Numbered from the whole stretch's first letter, positions 41,301 to 53,687 are shown. The stretch is DNA of 62,628 bases, filler included, from Basidiobolus ranarum (GCA_040143965.1; 7 parts of 7 records of this genome joined end to end with filler, not necessarily neighbours in it); one strand, 5' to 3'. Notes: generated by a model from the sequence alone, not told the origin. Translations and numbers: made by a program.

Positions 41301-42262
41301 GTCAGATCTCATCGTTTGCCGGGAATATTTCCAAGGCACGAATTGCTGCCAGCGATATCCTAGAGTTGACAAGTCGTAAGCCTAAGATCGACTCTTCACT
41401 TACCACTGGTGTGTCATCGCCTTCAGTGTTTTCGGGTAAGGTTCAAGTGGATCATGCCTATTTTGCATACCCAACTCGGTCCAAGATTCCCATTCTACAA
41501 GGTTTTGATTTATCTGTCCTTGCGGGTAAGAATGTAGCATTGGTAGGATCTTCTGGTTCAGGCAAATCTACTATTGTAGCATTGGTACAACGATTTTATG
41601 ACGTCTCTCAAGTACGCCTCAAGAAAGGGAATAACATCACGAGCGATGACAAAACCAATTCGGTCAATGTGGAAGATATTGATGTTCGTGATTGGAATAT
41701 CAACCAACTCCGATCCCATATGGCCACGGTAGGACAAGAACCAGTTCTATTTGGGTGTAGTATTGCTGAGAATATTGCTTACGGAATAATCAATAATTTA
41801 CAAACAAGAGATGATGGTTCGGTGGAAATTTCGAAGGAGCTACAAAATCAAATTGAAACCGCCGCCAAGGGAGCCAACATCCATGATTTTATTGTGAGCC
41901 TTCCAGATGGGTATAAGACCGATGTTGGCCAGAAAGGTACTCAACTCTCTGGTGGACAAAAGCAGCGGGTCGCCATCGCTCGGGCGATCATTCGTAATCC
42001 AACTTTGCTTCTATTGGATGAAGCCACTTCTGCTTTAGATTCTGAAAGTGAGAAGGTGGTCCAAGCTGCACTTGACAATGCCGCCGAGGGCCGTACTACT
42101 ATCACCATTGCACATCGACTGTCGACCATCCAAAATGCCGATCTTATCGTGGTGGTTCAAAAAGGAGTGGTGATAGAGCAGGGTACACATTCGGAACTAT
42201 TGGCCAAGCAAGGATTCTACCATATGCTCGTTGGTAAACAAGGATTAGAAGTGGTGAATTAG
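38333..42262 (+). CDS. MDR1: Full-length ABCB/MDR (P-glycoprotein-type) exporter, 1309 aa, intronless
   Basis: TMD-NBD-TMD-NBD layout with two GSSGSGKS Walker A, LSGGQKQR signature, LLLDEATSALD Walker B and IAHRLST motifs. Confidence 0.97.
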   Translation: MAEAKKSKSSFFKSDNATPDDMPSTKEVSKRIGIFELFRYSSPMDWFLIAVAFICSAASGAILPLMTVVFSQSLQTFTDFDPSGSANDFNSAIVKNIVNFTILGVVAFIFSYGQTALWAITGERQCLRIRELYYASILRQEISWFDFVPGGDLTSRISGDVAVIQEGISQKIGLLIQNLTTFIGGFVLAFVKGWKMALVLLSALPLLAAVGGLMSRLAARNTTEGQGAYASAGAVADEVLSSIKTVSAFGGQTREILRYNSKLAIAEKAGVKRGIFEGLGTGLMMVVIFFTYALGFWYGSRLILDGVMNSGEVINVFLSLILGAMSLGTSSPYVSSISAAQGAASKVYEIIERESKIDSSSEEGIRLIDPNSEGKDSLKGFIEFRNVDFTYPSRPDVPILKDFNLQIKPGQTVALVGSSGSGKSTCVHLLERFYDPNAGSVLNDGVDIREFNIKDLRRNVGLVGQEPVLFGTSIYENIMWGSKNDDVIPTPEEIEQACILANAHEVISALPEKYDTLVGEKGALLSGGQKQRIAIARALIKNPKILLLDEATSALDTESEGIVQDALDKAAENRTTIVIAHRLSTIKNADLIVVMSQGVMVESGTHSDLIAQNGVYAGLVRSQELKRVDVPTDPKLQDEVECIDKEEPTPSVVDDDTMLGDVQLNAITKMASRLSHYSYDTSISDEKKDPEEKVKKSFSFLRVLKLNMPEWHLLLVGTIGSAVDGVIMPLFSVIFSSIIGALSKQGDELKKDADFWSLMFVVLGIASFLSAFAKVAFFAIAGERFTRRLRSISFVAYLRQEVGFFDDKANGTGVLTSKLSTEAQMVQQLTGRLAGGILQAIVGLLTGLILAFSHGWKLTLVVLACVPILAIASTLQMKSLMGSNDKTKKAYEQAAQIAFESVENMRTVASLAREDTFKRLYHERNTPAHQTAIRGAVMSSLGTGFSSGCIYLVYSLTFWYGSRLILNREYDVAEMMQVMFAVIFSAASVSQISSFAGNISKARIAASDILELTSRKPKIDSSLTTGVSSPSVFSGKVQVDHAYFAYPTRSKIPILQGFDLSVLAGKNVALVGSSGSGKSTIVALVQRFYDVSQVRLKKGNNITSDDKTNSVNVEDIDVRDWNINQLRSHMATVGQEPVLFGCSIAENIAYGIINNLQTRDDGSVEISKELQNQIETAAKGANIHDFIVSLPDGYKTDVGQKGTQLSGGQKQRVAIARAIIRNPTLLLLDEATSALDSESEKVVQAALDNAAEGRTTITIAHRLSTIQNADLIVVVQKGVVIEQGTHSELLAKQGFYHMLVGKQGLEVVN

Positions 42263-44509
42263 GTTCTAGTTGCCACGGAAATCGTAATAGAATCAATCAC
42301 CCACCATGACCATGTTAACTTTTATGTCTTCGGGAGCGTTATGGGTTAAATTCATGTATTGCAAACTGATTTCTAGCTGTGTGGCAGGGCAATACCATGT
42401 TTTTGGCTCAATTACCAGACACTTGCACTTTTACCAATACAAATATAGTTGTTTCAAAATCAAGCATTCCACTGATTTCGGAATTTGAAATAGGATAATA
42501 GTATGTATATTTATATTAACTTGCATAATAAAAGCATTGAATCTGATTGATTTTTTGGATACAAGTAGATCTTTATTAATATGGTTTTTCTCTTCTAAAG
42601 TTTCCAAGTCTCAAAGTTGGGTTAGCGCTAACCTTCGCTTAGATATATAATAGGTATCAAGTAAGGAATATTCTACTTTTCCGAATGGTATGCTATGAAA
42701 TTGTGTGGAAAGTTGAAGATAGAAAATATATTTATTCGATTGTTATTTTGATAAATTTGCTAATTTGTAATATCTGTGACAAGCTTTATAGTATATTGAC
42801 TGCCTTAGTTTCCTCTGATATCTTCCAAGACATATGTTATGAATTGGTGTATATATTTGCAGGATTCCACTTTCTTAGTGCTGATTCCTGAGGCAATACT
42901 GTTGACATTAATCTTTTCAGAGTTAGGATTGAAAGAAGCAGTGAATATTTCTCACTCCATATTGCTGAATCATCAACCTCTGAAGCTAATACTTGCTCTT
43001 CATATGCTTTCTCAGACTTACAAGCATTGGCAGAGGGTATTTTATTATATTTCGCAAAAATACATGAATGTATGGCATGAAATTGAAAGTATGTTGTTAC
43101 ATCTATCAAACCTATATCGGTTGCTAATGTGAATATCGATGATACTGACAACTTAAAATATTTTGATGAGTATCGGGAATTGAAAAATCAATTACTGCAA
43201 ATCAAATATCGTTGATGATTTGATCAAGGATTTATCTTTTGCTACTACATTGTATTTCATTGGGACGACAGACTCATATTCTATTATTGCCATCATAAAG
43301 TATTGTAATACTGGCCTCATTGATGTATCCAATCAAACACTACGAGTAAAATATAATATTCTTGTATATGGTATTGGACAACTTTTTGTATTCATATCAT
43401 TATAGTTAAGCAAAGAGAGGAATGCTGTTATATTGATGATTGTGATGAGGGTTTGTAATATAGGAGAAATATACTTTGATAATACCGGATGAAATTCAAT
43501 TATTTATTTTGTTTCTTTACATTTATATTATTAATAGATGAGTGTGCCAGAATGGAGCATACCTGGTAATATGTTTGAAAATATCTACTCTGAAAGTCTT
43601 TCTCTATATTGTTGATGGTACTTTTTCGTGACTAATTATTTGCCTTGTCTTTAATTACCTTAAATACTCTAATGTGCTGAAAATACTTTGACAGAAATAG
43701 CACTCTGCCAAAAGTTAGAATTTGAGCATAATATTCAAATCACTATGCTACCGGCTTGTTGCATTTTAGTGCTTGTTTAACTCATAATCTTTGTTTGATT
43801 GTATATCTGCTGATATCATAATGAATACAACCACATTATGGTCACCTTCTTTGGTATATAGAGGCAAGTTGCTTTCTGTAACTTTATACCTTGTATATTA
43901 GATAGTTGCTGTTTGTACAGTAAGTACCATTTGGGAACATTTAGAGAGTTTCTTTAAGAGCTATATGTATGTAATACTTTTGGCCAGTCTTATCAAATCC
44001 ATGATACCTTGATATGACACATTGCTTTGGATTTCCAATCAAGTAACTATCCTCTAAGATGCTCTCTCTACCCTCTAACTACTATATCAGAGTCTGATAC
44101 TGGATCAACACAAGTTAGACAATACCTAATTTTTGCCTTGAGGTCTATTTCAATTTGATGCTAGACCCAGAAATGTGCTTGTATACTACTTTAGAGCCTG
44201 CTTGTATGCTCTAATATGGAATGGCTGCCAAACGAGTGCGAGTATTGTCCCGAGGACCCATATTCTCCGACCCATGCACGCTGGTCGTGAGGTTGTACCC
44301 ACCATTGGGTGGCTAGGCCTTACTAGACCCTCGGCCTCGGTGCTTTTTCTTTGGGCGAGGTTTGTTCCATATTACTTTGGGGCAAGGGGAGCTACATTTG
44401 TGATTATCACTAATACAACTTAAAATACACGGCGTATTTCCAACGCACTTTATTATACAGGAAGTTTGAGTTAATGTACAATCAGCGGCAGACTTACCAT
44501 ACTCCGCAC

Positions 44510-44741
44510 TACCTGTATGCAGATGCCACTAGGCCACCAATACTCACAGTTGACTCAAGTCCTATTGGAGCAGGTGCTCTTTTAGGCCAGAATAATGAAG
44601 CAGGTAACCAATATGCCTGCAGATATGAATGCTGCTTATTCAACCCTAGGGAGCAGAGATATTCCCAGATCAAGAGAGAACTACTTGGAGCTGTAAAGAT
44701 GATCAAGAAACTAAAGGCCCAACTCTATATGACTCACTTCA
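44510..44741 (+). mobile_element. Ty3/Gypsy (Metaviridae) pol RNase H fragment, cut by contig end
   Basis: ILTVDSSPIGAGALLGQ...FNPREQRYSQIKRELLGAV matches the Ty3-type RNase H pattern (DAS..G.GA.L.Q...E.RY...ERE.L). Confidence 0.88.
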
Positions 44742-44841
44742 NNNNNNNNNNNNNNNNNNNNNNNNNNNNNNNNNNNNNNNNNNNNTTAATTAATTAANNN
44801 NNNNNNNNNNNNNNNNNNNNNNNNNNNNNNNNNNNNNNNNN
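44742..44841. other. Artificial contig linker
   Basis: N44-TTAATTAATTAA-N44. Confidence 0.99.
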
Positions 44842-44843
44842 TA

Positions 44844-45512
44844 TTGACTTCAGGATTACTGGATTATCTTGATAGAGTCAATGTCAAGGCCACCTTCTTC
44901 GTTAATGGACTTAACGAAAAGAACGTAGATACAGGAAACCCCATTTTAAGCATCTACGACTTGGCTGATGTTGTCAGACGCGCATACCTTTCCGGTCATC
45001 AAATCTGTTCTCACACCTGGGCTCACACTGATATCATTACAGTATACGAAGATGAGGTTGTTTATGAGATGAGCAGATTAAATCATGCCTTTTCGAAGAT
45101 CCTCGGAAAGGTTCCTACTTGTATGAGACCTCCTTATGGTGACACTGATGGCCCTTCACGTCAAATTCTGCAAAAGATGGGCTACACTGTTGTTACTTGG
45201 AACATGGATCCTGTTGATTGGAATCCTGCCAACTCCATTGATGAGATGTATCAAGAATATGTTGATCAAACCGGACCTACTAATCCTCAAGTCGGCAAAT
45301 TCATCTCCCTGAATCATGATGTTTGGAATACCACTGCTGACTTCAGACCATTCAATTATCCCAAGACTATTCCTCTTGCCGAGCGTTCCATTGAGTACCT
45401 CTTGAGCCGTGGCTGGAAATTGGTCAACCTTGCTGATTGTTTGGAAAGTCCACCATTCTATCGTGAACCTAATCCTTCTGATAACAGTTGTGGTGAAGAT
45501 GAATGTGTTTAA
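44844..45512 (+). CDS. CE4/NodB polysaccharide (chitin) deacetylase, 5' truncated
   Basis: KATFFVNG, GHQICSHTWAH (metal-binding His pair), MRPPYG, WNMDPVDW and ISLNHD motifs. The TFDDGP motif 1 would lie beyond the contig start. Confidence 0.93.
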   Translation: MTSGLLDYLDRVNVKATFFVNGLNEKNVDTGNPILSIYDLADVVRRAYLSGHQICSHTWAHTDIITVYEDEVVYEMSRLNHAFSKILGKVPTCMRPPYGDTDGPSRQILQKMGYTVVTWNMDPVDWNPANSIDEMYQEYVDQTGPTNPQVGKFISLNHDVWNTTADFRPFNYPKTIPLAERSIEYLLSRGWKLVNLADCLESPPFYREPNPSDNSCGEDECV

Positions 45513-48500
45513 ATCCGTAGAACTAGTATTAGTATATTCAAGCCAATGGCTATAATTCATTTTCTATAGTAATCTTATCGTGTGAAACTTGATGTATTTG
45601 TATTAATTATAATGGTGTAACTAATACATAAACACAATCATACAAATCATATACGAATTTTCTATTCAACATAAATTTGCCATTGATTATCAACTATAAA
45701 ATCCTGATAAGCGGCTAATTAGGTACTGATCTACTATTTTTGCGATACTCCCACGTATATTGATACCTAGAGTGCAACTTGTTAGCTCCTGATGTTTCCC
45801 TCGTGGTAGACCTGTTTAGAATTGGACTAGGTACTACATGCACGCTTACTCATAATCATGCTTAAAAACCACTTAAAAGTGTAAAGTTTATTTACGTTTA
45901 GCTAATCAGAATCGTTTACAGCGGATTAGTTTCCTTGGCAATGTCACTTAAGAATAATACTATATCTGTCACACTCCTTGATGGATATAAACTTCGTTCA
46001 GAGTGACAGGGGGTAATAATGAAGAAAGCGCTTGTTAAAAAAGTGGATAGTTTATGTATGGAAAAGAACATCATGTTAACATTAAAAAGCCCCGCTTTAC
46101 CATTCCTTCTTCAGAAGTATATATTGACTATCTAAGGATAGGTGAGGAAGCATTCCTACAGAAAGTATAGTTGACTGCCACACACTTACAACAAAGAAGC
46201 TTAGGCCTACAAATTGAATAATTTAGGTTTATTTATTTGATAAGCTACTTTTTAATAATTTTACTTGCTCAGCGAGAGCCATGAGACTTGAAGGCACTGA
46301 TAAAATTATGAATTCATAGTAATACTAATCTACTGTATAAGCAATTGTACCAAGTCTGGTGGATATTTGTAAAAGGAAGGGGATTCTGAGGAAGATAGTG
46401 TAAAATGGTTGAGGCAAAGACTTCAGAGATATTATTTTGAATTCGGTAAAAGATGATTTTTATTTCTTCATATATTTAAAATCTGACTATACGATACTGA
46501 AACTAGATCAGTAAAGCGTTGATATGCTGAGCATGATGTATCTCGCTCTTATGTGGTCCAGTATATCTTTGAAATATCTGTGACTAAATCTCAGTGTTCA
46601 TATGTACTAACTAACAAAGGACTATTTTGAAAATTTTTCCAACTTGGATCTTTGAGTCATGTACAGAGTAAATTTCATATTGAGCTACACTCAATCAAGA
46701 CATGCTAAACATACTCATAAACGTATATGTGTGTTAGCTATGGTGCACCTGTCGCAAGCTCATTCCCAACAAGGCCACGATGGTAGTGCTCTGTTCCTGC
46801 CATGAACCAAAGAAGGTATCTACACAGTATAATAAGAGATCATTAGCAATACCCATATATCTACTAGCGTGAGAGGTGTTATTGGCCTGATTATCATCCA
46901 CAAATATTTTATATTCTTTTTTGAAATTCTCAATGGCGCTTATATTATAGCTAAGCTATGAATATAACATTACAGCTATTAGTATTATATAGATGAGCTA
47001 AAGCACTAGCTTTTACCATTTCCTAATCGAAAGGTCAGGAGTAATCCTCGATAGGGAATTCTGCAAAGTGCGATCAAAGGTATAACTATATATATAGTTA
47101 GTGTATCAACACTATCTTTTAATAGTACCAATCATACCAACTTGTAATACAAGGCTTACTACTTCCGGAGTTGATTTATAGTAGCTGCATTACAAAGTAC
47201 CAGGGATATTAAATTCTTGCTGATTCGCCACTGCTGGAATTCACTTTAAAATTAGTCTGATTTAAGCAGAAAGACTGCTTGTCATATGTATGTGAAGAAG
47301 ATCCTGGTTCTCTGTGATAAGTGGCGATCCACTAAATATGTTTCTCTCTAATAGGGGCGATTTTAGTATGGAGGTAATATCTGGGTTCTACTGATTATGG
47401 CCTGGTTTTGGCTTCTGCTGTGCATAAAACGCTTTGGGACTATCTAACCGCCCAAGACCAGTGCCAACATATATAAGTGTGGTGGTAACCGAAGGTGAGA
47501 TCGTGCTAGATTTACTTGATGATAACTTGGTCAATAAGAAGTACACATCCCTAAGTAGTAATCAGATATATCTCTTATCATGGTACTCCTTCGATCGTTT
47601 TGAATCGAGATGAGAAATTTTCGATAGAATCAGCCAATTATGATCAGTAGAGAGAATATGGATGCAGCTACATCAAGTAAATACCCACACATCTAGAAAC
47701 TGTACGCTTTCTCCATTGGGTATACAATTCTCGTGTGAAAATGGTTTCAACATTACGTAGGTGTAGAATTAGTGCTCAAAAACCTAGCAACTTTGTTATG
47801 GATCAACGCATCACGAACATTTCCAACTTTTAACCATCATGGATCAATCCAATAGACAGGATACTTGTCTCGTTATTCAAGTTGAAACCATCCAAGACTT
47901 GAATAATATACCCCCCCAGGAAGTCCTGGGAATGAAATCAACCTACCAGCTAACATGACTCCCGCTGGATCAATAAGTGTGCTTTACCAACGGTTGAATA
48001 ATGTTACTTCATAATATAATTCACCAAACCTCTAAAAAAATGCTAATTAGCGCGCCATCTCCTATTAATATTCCAAGACCAGATAGAACCATGCATTTAT
48101 TCATCTGCTCTTACGACTTTTCTAAAACTTCCGGTGGCACAAATCTTACTTTAGTTTGCTTCTTAAGCTAATATAGATGTACAATATCTCTTGGATTGCC
48201 AAGGAAGAAATGTGAGAGTGAATATAAATGTCTGTGGCCGTACTAGCAGTGCCCCGGAATTAGCCAGAGTTTTCCAGTATTACCGAATTCGCTTAAGATC
48301 ATGGTCATGGCCATTGAATGTTTTCGCTAAGAGCTCCAGGTCTGAATTTTTACCAGTTGCAAACGGGTTATCCCCATACTGCACAAAAAAAGGTTGGAAA
48401 ATATGATTCCAGTCCTTCTCTGATATCATTCTGACGCCCTTTTTGAATAGTACTGTTTTCAATTCTCATGTCAAGATAGAACCACTTTTCTTGCATAGAA

Positions 48501-50137
48501 TGTATTGTAAGTCTTCCTATTATTGCTGAGTTCATTCACCTTTGTAGGACTGATGCTACTGTTGCATAGACTCTGATGGATTTAAAGTAATCAGTCCAGC
48601 ATGTTTTGATGCGCTGTGTGGTAAAGAAAGTTCCTTCAAGTGTTTTTCATGAAGGATTTCCCAGAGCATCCATGGTCCTTTCTGGCAGACACAGGCACCA
48701 CAATGGGCGTCAAATTGATGTGATCCATTTGTGGTATTTGATGTGCATTGCTACGATAATGTCTCTTGCTCCTCGAATTAGGCAACGAAGATGAAGTGGA
48801 TAAAACTTGCTTAGTAGTACCATTTCCCAGTCATGAATGTTGTTGAGCAATATTGTGTTACATCGTGGAAAGTCTTGGAATACTTTGGGCGTTTTTGGAG
48901 GACTTGTCAACCATACTGAATTTTTGTTGTGTTACGATGAAAGTACTATGATAAAGGTTAGAAAGGATATATGGCTGGGGGGCCAGAGGAGAGAAGGAAT
49001 GCCGCCATTCCGGTGAAAATTTTATTGGAGTAAATTCTAGACGAAGTACAGATGACGATGCCTTTTAGGAATGTTGGAAATCTCTCCAGTGAGTAATCCG
49101 GTTTTCTCTTATTTTATAATCTTTGACTGATCTCCATCTCAATCTGGTGAGAAGGAGGTTGAGAGGCAACGGGGAAATATTAAATTGAAGGTAACCTTTG
49201 TCTACATCAAGAATAACTGATATACTATCTGCGATTGTACAGTAGTGAAAAGAAGTATGAATGGTAGATAGTTGGGCCACTGTAACACAAGATGGTCATC
49301 AGCTACTTGCAGTGACTTGTGAAGCAAGAGGAAATGGAAACTCGAAATCGATCCATAATGTTTAATGCTTTCAATGGCTGATTTGTTGAGAAACATAAAT
49401 AAGTGATACATATGACAGAATTCGGTAAAACCTACTATGAGGCAGTTGTGAATGGTCCGGGAAGGATATGTCAAAAGTCTGAGAGCCTTTGAAAAGTTCT
49501 TCACTTTTATACATTGTCACAATTCAGATGATTTACGACAAATTTTTTAAAGTTAGTGTCTATGTCCAAATTAGCACATAGGAATAGTTAGGTCCGATAC
49601 CAATTATTTCACACACTTCCAAGCTAATGGTTCATGTATCTCGAATCGGTTTAGTATGTGTCTGAAAAAATCAATCTCTTCACTCAGTGTGCCTGAATGT
49701 CACTTGCTTCTTTACTCACTACTCGGTACATCTCAAGAATCCATTATTAGTACTCTACATTTCTCTCTCAGCTTAGGAATCTGTCACTTATGGGGCATCA
49801 AGCATAGCTGCTTAGCAATCTCTAGTATAACTTTGAGACTATTATTTCAAATCTTCTCTGTTAGTATCTCCTGCGTAAAAGTAAAATGCACTTCGCTGTT
49901 TCGTAAGTTCAATAGAGTTCAGGGCCACATATTACTTTTCGCATAGACACAATAGAAATGAACTCGTGGTTAGATATGTGTTGGATAATTAATCTTTATT
50001 CAACATCTTAGTTACCTTTAGTAATGATACATATCTCAAAAACAGAAAGCAACATATTTGTAGCCCCTATATTCTAATTAGCAATATATATATATATATA
50101 TATCAAGTCTGTTCCAATAATCCTAATTCACTATAAA

Positions 50138-50278
50138 ATCTTATCCACACCCTCCTCAGTATCTAAATAATTGACTTACTTTTCTGCTATATAAGTCCCC
50201 ATATTCTTTTAAGAATAAAGTAGCTAAGTCACTATCATAATCTGCCTTTAATATAGAAAGTCTATCCCCACTATTTTG
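50138..50278 (+). repeat. Interspersed repeat family B, copy 2
   Basis: Homologous to 26948-27088; preceded by a (TA)n tract at about 50084-50103. Confidence 0.8.
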
Positions 50279-51210
50279 TGGTATATATAGCATAATCTGA
50301 CACTATCACAGGGAACCAGTCCAAATGAATATAATGTTTGTAGTATATTCATATTTTGAATTTATAAATATGATGTTAAACTAGGTGTCTTCCATTTACT
50401 ATCTAGCAACCTGCTTAGTATATTGATGGTAAGTTTCAGGTTTTCTGAAATATCTTGACTGAATCAAGATATCAAAGTCAAGCCTACTATATAAGAGTAC
50501 CACTAACTCACACTGATTATTTCAACATATTCAATTGTTTACTCCCAGTGCAATATGCAAACATATACATACTGACTCTGAACTTGCTTTTTTAGGTTTA
50601 CATTAATTTGTAATATTCATAAGCCCTTCCCACCAGAGCACCCAACTGTCCTCACTCTTGAATTTTCCTGCAGTCATACACCCTTGATCAGTTGGTTAGT
50701 TGATCATATGCTAAGTAAATGTTTATTTACTATTATCTTATTGAATTATACAATATACCTTAACCAATCTCAATTATTTATCCTTCATCAGTGCTTCAAC
50801 ATCACTTGTGCTGTGACTCATTAACATTTGATCATCTATATTAATTGTTGTTTATATCCAAAAAAATTAACAATGCATTAGCTTGATGCTTGCATATACA
50901 CATTGCTACAAAAATAGAAATGAAGCAAGACAAATTGGCTGTTAAGTATGTATATAAACAAATTCACTGTTCTCCTCAAATGTATACATAAATCTTAGCA
51001 TATGTATTATCCACAAAACACAAAACCTAGCTATCTATCTGTCCAATAAACTCTCTTCTGACCATGATATAACAAACTTTTGCTATTCTTAAAACTCAAA
51101 TTAGCTCTGATCTACTCTGTCTAAATTTTCTACTAAAGCATGCGCAACCTTTCTTGGTTTGACACAACAATTTGGATCTGTTGAAAGTATTACTTCAGTA
51201 ATATTGAAAA

Positions 51211-51549
51211 GCATTGCCTAATCACCTATATAGTCATATATAGCTTGGTACTTAGTTATCCCATATTTCACTAAGATATTATCCATTATTCTCATGAGGA
51301 ATTTACATAAAATATGTTTAACAACTTATAGGTTCTCAGATATAAAGATTTTTTCAGACTTGTGCTAGAGGCCGCAAACCTTGCATATATGTTTCTGGGA
51401 CCATCCTTAACACATTTGACATGTTAGTTTGTTTACATCTTGACAAAACTATAAATACCAACTTTCTACTCAATAAATCAATAAGTGAAAACAACCAATA
51501 TCTCTAATTCTCTAAACCACTTCCAACAGGCTCCCAAATACTTTAACAA
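51211..51549 (+). repeat. Interspersed repeat family A, copy on contig 6
   Basis: Starts GCATTGCCTAATCACCTATATAGTCATATATAGCTT, near-identical to the start at 16387. Confidence 0.82.
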
Positions 51550-52637
51550 GTAATACCTCCTATAGCCTTCATATTAAGACAGACTAGGAGTAGGATTACA
51601 TCAGCAGAGTGATATGGAAAGTTGGGCAACACAAGGGGCAGCTTCATTGTAATACTAGTGATTGGTAGCCATGTATGATTTCTTCCATTGCTTTCTTGTT
51701 TCTCCTTCTCACAGGAGTTGATGTTGCTATTGCAATTTTGGATCCCAAGAATGATTATCTTTACCTAGTAGTTTTAGGCACTGTATTTATATTTCTGTAA
51801 ATTGGCAACTCTCCAAATCATATACATATGAAAATTGCACTCAATATAGAATTGTAAGTGCTCTTTTGTTATTATGATCCTGAGATAACTAACTGCTTCT
51901 ATATCATGTCCATTTTGTTATATAGTTAGTGGTTAGGTATCACTGCTGAAGAAGAACAGTTTTTCTGGGCCTCTCATCCATAACGTACACAATTATCAGC
52001 TAATGTATTTTATGCTGCTGTTACTTTGTATCTGATTAAGGATCTCTTTAAGCCCATGAGACAACATACTGTACTTAATCATATCTCTGAGCACCTCACT
52101 AGCTCGTAAAACTCACTGGGAAATTTCAAAACATGGCATGATTAAAAATTGGCTAAAGAGTGAGATGATAAACAGCGGTTGCCAACGATTTGTTGTATAA
52201 ATGAAATTATGAATCTATTTAAGAAGTGAGAACTAATATGGATTGGATTTTAATTTGCAAGTGCCGAGTCAATTATTCCGAAATTCAGCTTAGGTCTACT
52301 CAGAATTATTATACGTATGTCTTAACACAAAGTTTGCAGTGAATTTAATGCCCAAAATTGGGTAGATCCACTAACAAATGAATTTAATGGTTTTAAATCA
52401 ATATTATCATATAGTTTACTTATGAAATCTAATTCCTAACATCACTCATAAAATGTTAGTGTAAAATGATATACGACAATAATCTTCGAGTTGACAAAAT
52501 CAATAACCGATATTCCTCATTTCGACAATAAATTATACGCGATATTACCATCACGTTGTAGCTTCATTGTACAATTATCGAGATATCAACGAGAAAGTAG
52601 ATATATACTTTGAGGCCGAACTCAGATAAGTAGAGCA

Positions 52638-53540
52638 ATGCCACCTACGTACGACCAATTTGCTCTACTTGATTTACGACATGACAACGATTTATTCCAA
52701 GAATCGCACTTCGAAAGATTTCCGAAAGGTGGAAGAACGTAAGAATTTATATTAATACGAAATTTATTGCTGGTTCTTTTGTTCTACGAAGATGGGATCC
52801 TTCCTTGCGTGAGACGTATTTATAATGCAAATTTTAGAGTTGGAATCATCATTGGCTGATGTTTATCTTCTGATAAATAATGAATAACTTTATCAAACAT
52901 GTTGGTTACGAAACTGACCTTATTGGCATGTTTATTAGTAATATCTACGGAGTGGCGACTTTCAAATCCATCCTACCCACCTCCAAAGACTCTCGTCCCT
53001 TGGCCAAACTCTACCCTCACGCAAAGCATACTTTAGTAAGCTCATTTACAGGTTTAACCGGCTTTCTCTCTGACGAAGCGCGTTGGAAGAGGGTAGATAT
53101 AGATCTACCTACTGATAATGGTATAAGAATTCGTCTTCAATGTGAGAAGAGTATGCAACTGAAACCTGTAAATCTACCATTAGGAGAAATCATTTCCATT
53201 GACGCCTTTGAAATTATCACTGAAAGCGATTCTGCTTCTTTAGTGGTTGCTACTGCAGTAGCTAAAGTAAATATTTAGCTTATTTATCTATATGGGCTCA
53301 ACCATATAACTAATATTCCAACAAATAGGTTGACGAAGAAACTCAAGAGAACGACTTTCTTTTAAATATTTACGGATTTGGATACACCGGAACCACGATT
53401 GAAGACAATCTTCTTGAACTTCCAGGTAAATATAAGAATATCTAGCTTATATGCTGCAGCACGAATAACATTGTATCTTTCCTAGCGCATTGTCAACAAA
53501 TTCTACTCGATTACGTGCCTGCACAAATATCGCATATCAA
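52638..53540 (+). CDS. KPTN: Kaptin (KICSTOR subunit)-like protein, N-terminal part; exons 52638-52738, 52939-53120, 53184-53266, 53329-53425, 53486-53540; continuation unresolved at contig end
   Basis: Spliced FQESHFERFPKGGRTNIYGVA...DLPTDNGEIISIDAF...SLVVATAVAK...FLLNIYG...HCQQILLDYVPAQISHI is colinear with remembered human KPTN LREDSFTRFSSQSNVYGLA...YIPVDAEIVSIDTF...GLVVGITFIK...FLNIYC...SCLNLELQFTPFQLCHA. Confidence 0.78.
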
Positions 53541-53687
53541 GTAAGATTTTGAAAGAAGTCCCAATTAATGTGAACCTATGTCTTAAGGAAGAGAATAGGC
53601 TTGGCTACTTGCACAACTTTCAAAAAGGCTGGATTAGTGTTGCTAAAGATGGCTAAGCCCTTGATATTTCCTAGGTGAGTAGGCATA

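Noticed and set aside
48100-48915. Fragmented minus-strand ORFs that look like a decayed gene
   Set aside because: Multiple stops and frameshifts, and no family recognisable by eye.
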